Below are positions 39,123-44,882 of a stretch of DNA of 44,882 nucleotides, piece after piece. The notes beneath the pieces are model-generated. The model was given only the letters and a program-made list of their open reading frames with translations, was not told the origin of the DNA and did not search any database. Positions within the stretch are counted from its first letter, which is position 1. Each line of letters opens with the position of its first letter. A program made the translations under genes and the position numbers. The stretch is from an uncultured Clostridia bacterium. GTDB taxonomy: Bacteria > Bacillota > Clostridia > TANB77 > CAG-508. The stretch spans positions 1 to 44,882 of the forward strand of contig CALXPV010000002.1 in assembly GCA_944390295.1 (NCBI GenBank), given 5' to 3'.

Positions 39123-39581
39123 TTATAATTTATTGTTAACGTTAGATGGAGCTTTATAATTGCTTGCAACACAAGCTTTTACACCATCTATACCAATAAT
39201 TTCTACTTCAGAACCTTTTGGTATGACTATATTGGTCTCGATAGTTTTGGCTGACCAAATTTCACCAGCGACTTTTACTTGTCCTGTTCCTTTAAGCGAA
39301 GAGATTTCTTCAGTTACGATTGCTGTTTTTCCAATTATTGTTTTTGAATTTGTTATTGTTGTATCGTTTTTTGTATATTTATTAAGTAATGGTTTTGTGA
39401 ATATAAGAAGTATAACAGAAACGATTACAAATACTAAAATTTGAATAAATAAGTTAGAAGTAATAAAACTTACTAACATTGCTGCTACAGCTCCAATTGC
39501 AAACCATAATAGTAAAAAACCAGCAGTTAACATTTCCCCTACAAATAGTACTCCTGCAAGTACTAACCAAAGTAACCACAT
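39123..39581 (-). CDS. NfeD-family membrane protein (partner of SPFH protein)
   Basis: 3 TM plus a C-terminal OB-like soluble domain (GKTAIVTEEI...GQVKVAGEIWSAK). ATG at 39581 follows AAAGGGGGA. Operonic with the SPFH gene. Confidence 0.8.
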   Translation of the reverse strand: MWLLWLVLAGVLFVGEMLTAGFLLLWFAIGAVAAMLVSFITSNLFIQILVFVIVSVILLIFTKPLLNKYTKNDTTITNSKTIIGKTAIVTEEISSLKGTGQVKVAGEIWSAKTIETNIVIPKGSEVEIIGIDGVKACVASNYKAPSNVNNKL

Positions 39582-39757
39582 AAGAAAGTCCCCCTTTCTC
39601 GCAATAACTACTAAAATTATAACATAAAGCAATATAAAAGTAAAGAAAATAATGGTAATATTATGTTAAGTAAAACATTTTTTATAAATAATATTCACTA
39701 TTTAAATTTTTTATGATAATATGATAAAAAAATTTAAATATAATGAGGAGAATACAA

Positions 39758-41452
39758 ATGGCAAAAAGAATGTTAGAAGATACGAAAAGCAAAAAAGGTA
39801 GAATAATATTTAATATTATAGTTGCAATAATTTTTCTATTATTAATAGCAGGAATATTTTATATATCACCAAACTATGTAAAAGAAGATAGAGAAGGAAA
39901 AATTGGTATACTTATTAATAACAATGATGTTACTTTAAGTATGAAAAAAGATATTTATAAAGATGAGAATAATAATATATATTTATCAAGAGAAGATGTA
40001 AAAAATTATTTTGACAAATACATAAATTATGATGAAGAAACAGGAGAAATAATTACTACTTCAGAAATAAATATTGCTAGAATGCATGTTGGAAGTAATG
40101 ATATTTCTATAAACGGTGTAGAAGATACATTAAACTCACAAGTATTAGAAAAAAATGATACAATTTATATTCCTTTTTCAGAAATAAGCGAAAAAGTATA
40201 TGATGTAAATTTAAATTATATAGAAAGCACAGATACAATTGTAATAGATTCATTAGATAGAAAACAAGAAAAAGCAACTATAACAAAAAATACAAATTTA
40301 AAATATAAGACTACTGGATTTTCAAGAACATTATCAAAACTTAAAGAAGGCGACGAAGTTATATATATTCAAGATGTAGAAGATTGGACACAAGTAAGAA
40401 CAAAAGATGGAATAATAGGATATGTAAAAAATGATGTTCTTGGCAAAAAAGAAACTGTAAGAGAAGATAAAGAATATGTAAAAAAAGTAGAAGGAAAAGT
40501 AAACTTAGTATGGGATTACTATTCTGAGTATGTAAATGCACCAGATAGAACAAATCAAACTATAGATGGTGTTAATGTTGTATCACCAGCATTTTTCTCT
40601 TTAGAAACAGGAAGTAATGGAGAAATCTTTGATAATTGTAATGAAGAAGGAATAAGATATATAGAATGGGCTCATAACAATGGATATCAAGTATGGGCAA
40701 TGTTTTCTAATAACTCTTTAAGAGATACTACATCTAACATATTAAATGATTATGAAAAAAGAGAATATATGATACAAAATTTATTAAACTTAGCAGAGAA
40801 ATATAATATAGATGGAATAAATGTAGACTTTGAGAATATGAATGGAGAAGATAAAGATTTATATTCTAGATTTTTAATAGAATTATCACCACAATTAAGA
40901 AGAGCTGGAAAAACATTATCTGTAGATGTAACAGCACCAGATGGTTCAGAAACATGGTCTTTATGTTTTGATAGAGATACAATTGCAGATGTATCTGATT
41001 ATATTATATTTATGGCATATGACCAACATGGTCCAAGCTCAAAAAAAGCTGGAACAGTAGCAGGATATAATTGGGTAGAAACAAATATAAAGAAATTTTT
41101 AGGACAAGAAGATGTAGATGCAGAAAAATTAATTTTAGGAATTCCTTTATATACAAGACTTTGGAAAGAAACAAATGGAGAAATTGATTCTGATGTTGTA
41201 AATATGAAAGATATACAATCAGAAGTTCCAGAGGGATTAGTTGCAAATTGGGATGATGAATTAAAACAATATTATGCAGAATATGAGGAAAATGGTTCTA
41301 CATATAAAATATGGGTAGAAAATGAAAAATCTGTACAAGAGAAAATTAAATTAGCAAATAATTATAAATTAGCAGGAATTGCTTTTTGGGAAAAAGATAG
41401 AGAAACAAACGATGAGTTTTGGACAATGGTAAAAGAAGAATTAAATAAGTAA
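39758..41452 (+). CDS. Membrane-anchored SH3b plus glycoside hydrolase family 18 protein (peptidoglycan/chitin hydrolase-like)
   Basis: N-terminal TM, SH3b-like EGDEVIYIQDVEDWTQVRTKDGIIGYV, GH18 catalytic DGINVDFE. ATG at 39758 follows GAGGAG. Confidence 0.8.
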   Translation: MAKRMLEDTKSKKGRIIFNIIVAIIFLLLIAGIFYISPNYVKEDREGKIGILINNNDVTLSMKKDIYKDENNNIYLSREDVKNYFDKYINYDEETGEIITTSEINIARMHVGSNDISINGVEDTLNSQVLEKNDTIYIPFSEISEKVYDVNLNYIESTDTIVIDSLDRKQEKATITKNTNLKYKTTGFSRTLSKLKEGDEVIYIQDVEDWTQVRTKDGIIGYVKNDVLGKKETVREDKEYVKKVEGKVNLVWDYYSEYVNAPDRTNQTIDGVNVVSPAFFSLETGSNGEIFDNCNEEGIRYIEWAHNNGYQVWAMFSNNSLRDTTSNILNDYEKREYMIQNLLNLAEKYNIDGINVDFENMNGEDKDLYSRFLIELSPQLRRAGKTLSVDVTAPDGSETWSLCFDRDTIADVSDYIIFMAYDQHGPSSKKAGTVAGYNWVETNIKKFLGQEDVDAEKLILGIPLYTRLWKETNGEIDSDVVNMKDIQSEVPEGLVANWDDELKQYYAEYEENGSTYKIWVENEKSVQEKIKLANNYKLAGIAFWEKDRETNDEFWTMVKEELNK

Positions 41453-41454
41453 TA

Positions 41455-41493
41455 AAAAATCACCTTTTTCATATAATGAAGAAGGTGATTTTT
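41455..41493 (+). terminator. Stem-loop after the GH18 gene whose 3' arm contains the RBS of the next gene
   Basis: AAAAATCACCTT-N15-AAGGTGATTTTT, immediately followed by ATG at 41494. Confidence 0.55.
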
Positions 41494-42318
41494 ATGATTG
41501 GATATATAAGAAAAGATAATAATTGTAATATTTTAGACAAATTATTATGCAAAACAATTAAAAGCAATTATGAAAATGGAATAGAATATAAAAGTGTAAA
41601 ATTTAATAAAAAGTTATTAAAAATATTAATGAAAGATAATATAAAAACAGTGGTAATCGCCAAAAAAGACAAAGCAGAAAAAGAGTTTATCAATATGCTA
41701 TATGCAAATAATATAAATATATTAAATGGTAGAAATTTATTTAAACATTTATTACCAGAAATTATTGAATACTTAAGTGATAAAGTGGAAATTACTAAAG
41801 AGATGATGGAAATAACAATATTAGTAAATGATTTTTCTAAAATTAATTTGTTTTATATAAATGAAATATTAAGCAGAGTAAAAAATGTAAATATAGTTAC
41901 TAATAATATTAGTAAATTTAAAAAATGGAGTAACGATATGTATAATAAGCAAGCTATAGTTATTCCAATCATGAATAATAAAAATAAAAGTTTGAAAAAT
42001 AAGAATTATATTATTAATATAGATTTCCCAGAGGAGCAATTAAATAAATATAAAATTAATCGAAAAGCAATTATTATTAATATAGAAGAAAATATTAATA
42101 TAAATATTAAAGGATTTGAAGGAATTAATGCCAATAGCTATATAATAAAACAAGTAGATGCACTGCAAGAATTTAATTATAATGAAATATATGAATCTTA
42201 TATAATAAATAATCAGATAAATGAAATAAGAAGAAAAATAGAGAATGATAAAGTAAAAATAATATATTTAATAGGAAAGAATGGAATTATAGATAATAGC
42301 GAATATAAGAATTTATAA
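41494..42318 (+). CDS. Hypothetical N/I/K-rich 274-aa protein
   Basis: Long ORF in an AT-rich background. RBS GAAGGTGA. No recognised motifs. Confidence 0.5.
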   Translation: MIGYIRKDNNCNILDKLLCKTIKSNYENGIEYKSVKFNKKLLKILMKDNIKTVVIAKKDKAEKEFINMLYANNINILNGRNLFKHLLPEIIEYLSDKVEITKEMMEITILVNDFSKINLFYINEILSRVKNVNIVTNNISKFKKWSNDMYNKQAIVIPIMNNKNKSLKNKNYIINIDFPEEQLNKYKINRKAIIINIEENININIKGFEGINANSYIIKQVDALQEFNYNEIYESYIINNQINEIRRKIENDKVKIIYLIGKNGIIDNSEYKNL

Positions 42319-42399
42319 AACTTGATAGTCACTACTTGACAAAATAAAAATATTAGCTTAATATAATGCAGGAATAAATTTATCAGGAGGGAAGACAAT

Positions 42400-42882
42400 A
42401 TGGGAGATAGCAACAAAGAAATTCTACTAACAGAAGAAGGATATAAAAAAATGGAAGCTGAATTGGAGAAGTTAAAAACAGAAGAGAGAGCAGAGATAGC
42501 AGAAAGAATTAAAGTTGCTCTAGGATTTGGAGACCTTTCAGAAAATTCAGAATATGATGAAGCAAAAAATGCACAAGCAGAAAATGAAGAAAGAATAGCA
42601 GAATTAGAAGCAAAATTAAGATTTGCAAAAATTATTGACGATTCTGAAATAGATACAAAAAAAGTTCAAATCGGAAACACAGTAAAAGTTTTAGATATGG
42701 AATTTGATGAAGAAGTAGAATACACAATAGTAGGAACAACAGAAGCAGATATTACAGAAAATAAAATATCTAACGAATCACCAATAGGTTCAGCTTTATT
42801 AGGAAGCAAAAAAAATCAAGTAGTAGAAGTAGAAGTACCAGCAGGTATATGTAAATATAAAGTATTAGAAATAAAAAAATAA
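42400..42882 (+). CDS. greA: Transcription elongation factor GreA
   Basis: LT.EGY.K...EL..L.....[19 protein letters not shown]. Preceded by TTGACA (42336-42341), 17 nt, TAATAT. Confidence 0.95.
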   Translation: MGDSNKEILLTEEGYKKMEAELEKLKTEERAEIAERIKVALGFGDLSENSEYDEAKNAQAENEERIAELEAKLRFAKIIDDSEIDTKKVQIGNTVKVLDMEFDEEVEYTIVGTTEADITENKISNESPIGSALLGSKKNQVVEVEVPAGICKYKVLEIKK

Positions 42883-42896
42883 TATATAATTTTATA

Positions 42897-42932
42897 GAAA
42901 AATACACTTATAATAGATATAAGTGTATTTTT
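42897..42932 (+). terminator. greA terminator
   Basis: AAAAATACACTTAT-N7-ATAAGTGTATTTTT. Confidence 0.75.
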
Positions 42933-43050
42933 ATTGTATAAAATGTTACATAATATTGAAAAATGAGTAAAATATATGGTAAAATATAGGCTGTATTAAG
43001 CATAAGATATGTCTTTTTCGAATATATATAATATAATAGGAGGAATAGAC

Positions 43051-43218
43051 ATGGAATATGCTAAGGATGAGATATTTACTATAGAATATAGTGATAGTAA
43101 AAATAAGAAGTTTAATGATAAGGATATTTTAAAATTAGTAATATCTATAGGATTAGTATTTTGCACAGCAAATATATTTTGTATATATAATTTTTTTAAA
43201 GTTCTATCAAATTTATAA
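43051..43218 (+). CDS. Small (55-aa) single-TM hypothetical protein
   Basis: ATG at 43051 is 7 nt after TAGGAGGA. C-terminal hydrophobic helix. Confidence 0.45.
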   Translation: MEYAKDEIFTIEYSDSKNKKFNDKDILKLVISIGLVFCTANIFCIYNFFKVLSNL

Positions 43219-43232
43219 AATGGAGATGTATT

Positions 43233-44093
43233 ATGAAACTTGCTAATAATTGGAAAGATTATGAAATATTAGATATGGCAAATGGAGAAAAACTAGAAAG
43301 ATGGGGAGATGTTGTTTTAATAAGACCAGATCCTCAAATAATTTGGACTAAAAAAACACACGAAAATAAATGGAAAACAGCAAATGCTATATATAATAGA
43401 AGTAAAACTGGTGGAGGAAGCTGGCAATATAAAAAGAAAATGCCAAGTGAATGGAAAATTAAATATAAAAATCTAACTTTTAATATTAAACCAATGGGAT
43501 TTAAACATACAGGTCTTTTCCCAGAACAAGCTGTTAATTGGGACTGGATGATGGAAAAAATAAAATCAGCCAAAAGAGATATTAAAGTTTTAAATTTATT
43601 TGCCTACACAGGAGGTGCAACAGTAGCATGCCTTTCTGCAGGAGCTTCTGTATGTCATGTAGATAGCTCTAAAGGTATGGTTAGCTGGTCAAAAGAAAAT
43701 GTAAATGCATCAGGATTAAAAGATAGACCAGTTAGATATATTGTTGATGATGTAGTTAAATTTGTAAATAGAGAAATAAGAAGAGGAAATAAGTATGATG
43801 CTATTATAATGGATCCACCATCATATGGTAGAGGAGCAAAAGGCGAAGTATGGAGATTTGAAGAAGATATAGCTAGCTTAGTAGAATTATGTATGCAAGT
43901 TATGTCTGATAAACCATTGTTCTTTTTAATTAACTCATATACTACAGGAATATCTGCTAAAGTATTAGAAAATATATTAAGAATAAATATGAAACAAGAC
44001 GGAATTTTTGAATCTGGTGAAGTTGGACTACCAATGAAAGATTCAAAAATAGTATTACCATGTGGAATATATGGTAAATGGGAGGAGAAATAA
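43233..44093 (+). CDS. Class I SAM-dependent (rRNA large-subunit RlmI/RlmK-like) methyltransferase
   Basis: NLFAYTGG (motif I) and IIMDPPSYG (motif IV). Confidence 0.75.
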   Translation: MKLANNWKDYEILDMANGEKLERWGDVVLIRPDPQIIWTKKTHENKWKTANAIYNRSKTGGGSWQYKKKMPSEWKIKYKNLTFNIKPMGFKHTGLFPEQAVNWDWMMEKIKSAKRDIKVLNLFAYTGGATVACLSAGASVCHVDSSKGMVSWSKENVNASGLKDRPVRYIVDDVVKFVNREIRRGNKYDAIIMDPPSYGRGAKGEVWRFEEDIASLVELCMQVMSDKPLFFLINSYTTGISAKVLENILRINMKQDGIFESGEVGLPMKDSKIVLPCGIYGKWEEK

Positions 44094-44779
44094 TGCTTAA
44101 TATATTATATGAAGATAATCATATTATTGTAGTAATAAAAGAACCAAGAATTCCTTCACAAGCAGATAAGACAAAAGATGCGGATATGCTTACAATAATA
44201 AAGCAATATATAAAAGAAAAATATCAAAAACCAGGAAATGTATATCTAGGATTAGTACATAGACTTGATAGATCTGTAGGTGGAGTAATGGTATTTGCAA
44301 AAACTTCTAAAGCAGCATCAAGATTAAGTGAACAGGTAAGAAATAAAACGGTTTCTAAAAGTTATATAGCTATTGTAAAAGGCAAAATGGAAAACGAAAA
44401 AGGTAATATGCAAGATTACTTAGTAAAAAATGAAAGACTAAATAAATCTACTGTTACAGATAAGAATAATAAAAAAGCAAAATATGCAGAGCTAGACTAC
44501 GAAACTATATATTATGACAAAGTTAGAAATATGAGTTTAGTAAAAATAAATTTGAAAACGGGAAGACATCACCAAATAAGAGTACAATTTTCTAGTAGAG
44601 GGCATAGCTTATGTGGTGATACTAAGTATGGTACTAGAAGTAGGACTGGAGAACTTGCATTATGGTCATATAAGTTAGAATTTAACCATCCAACAACTAA
44701 AGAAAGGCTAAGTTTTAAATATATTCCAGAAGCTACTGGTGTGTGGTCAATATTAAAAAATGTAGATAATATAGGGTAA
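44093..44779 (+). CDS. RluA-family pseudouridine synthase (no S4 domain)
   Basis: HRLDRSVGGVMVFAKT catalytic motif and GRHHQIRVQ. ATG overlaps the upstream stop (TAATG). Confidence 0.88.
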   Translation: MLNILYEDNHIIVVIKEPRIPSQADKTKDADMLTIIKQYIKEKYQKPGNVYLGLVHRLDRSVGGVMVFAKTSKAASRLSEQVRNKTVSKSYIAIVKGKMENEKGNMQDYLVKNERLNKSTVTDKNNKKAKYAELDYETIYYDKVRNMSLVKINLKTGRHHQIRVQFSSRGHSLCGDTKYGTRSRTGELALWSYKLEFNHPTTKERLSFKYIPEATGVWSILKNVDNIG

Positions 44780-44814
44780 AAAGTTCATCATAATTAATTT
44801 GATGAACTTTTTTT
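44779..44814 (+). terminator. Intrinsic terminator
   Basis: AAAAGTTCATCA-N9-TGATGAACTTTTTTT. Confidence 0.8.
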
Positions 44815-44882
44815 GTATGTAAGAAAACCACGTGCTGTGCGCGTGGTTCAAAAAAAGCGATAGCATTGTATGAAAAACCTCC

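Overview
This is an AT-rich window (hand spot counts give high-20s % GC) from a low-GC Firmicute, probably a spore-forming Clostridia-class organism (bofA, yaaL-like, sepF/divIVA and disA/radA are present). Most of it is housekeeping backbone: glmS with its ribozyme, uvrC, deoD, pyrG, groES-groEL with CIRCE, mutL-miaA, sepF, divIVA, rsmD, ftsK, radA-disA, greA and rRNA-modification enzymes. I saw no rRNA, tRNA, CRISPR array, transposase or integrase. Five things are not explained by ordinary annotation. (1) Two tandem minus-strand genes missing from the ORF track encode paralogous 40-aa Cys/Gly-rich single-helix peptides (18236-18564). (2) Several single-gene or two-gene inserts of higher GC (about 38-42%) sit between core genes. 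They include an orphan half-size ABC exporter (13210-14898) and a papain/C39-like cysteine peptidase (17380-18096) on either side of groESL, the peptidase lying next to the Cys-rich peptide genes. This may be a split peptide processing/export module, but that is inference only. (3) A 29-31 bp palindromic element occurs three times, always at the 3' end of and co-oriented with a highly expressed gene (glmS, pyrG, groEL), and overlaps two stop codons. (4) A roughly 335-bp array of tandem multi-hairpin modules lies upstream of ftsK, with compensatory stem changes between copies and a 12-mer shared with the pyrG leader. (5) A tightly packed block of ftsK, an orphan 513-aa protein, a beta-CASP nuclease and a GH15 enzyme. 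Functional calls rest on motif recognition by eye; no database search was possible.
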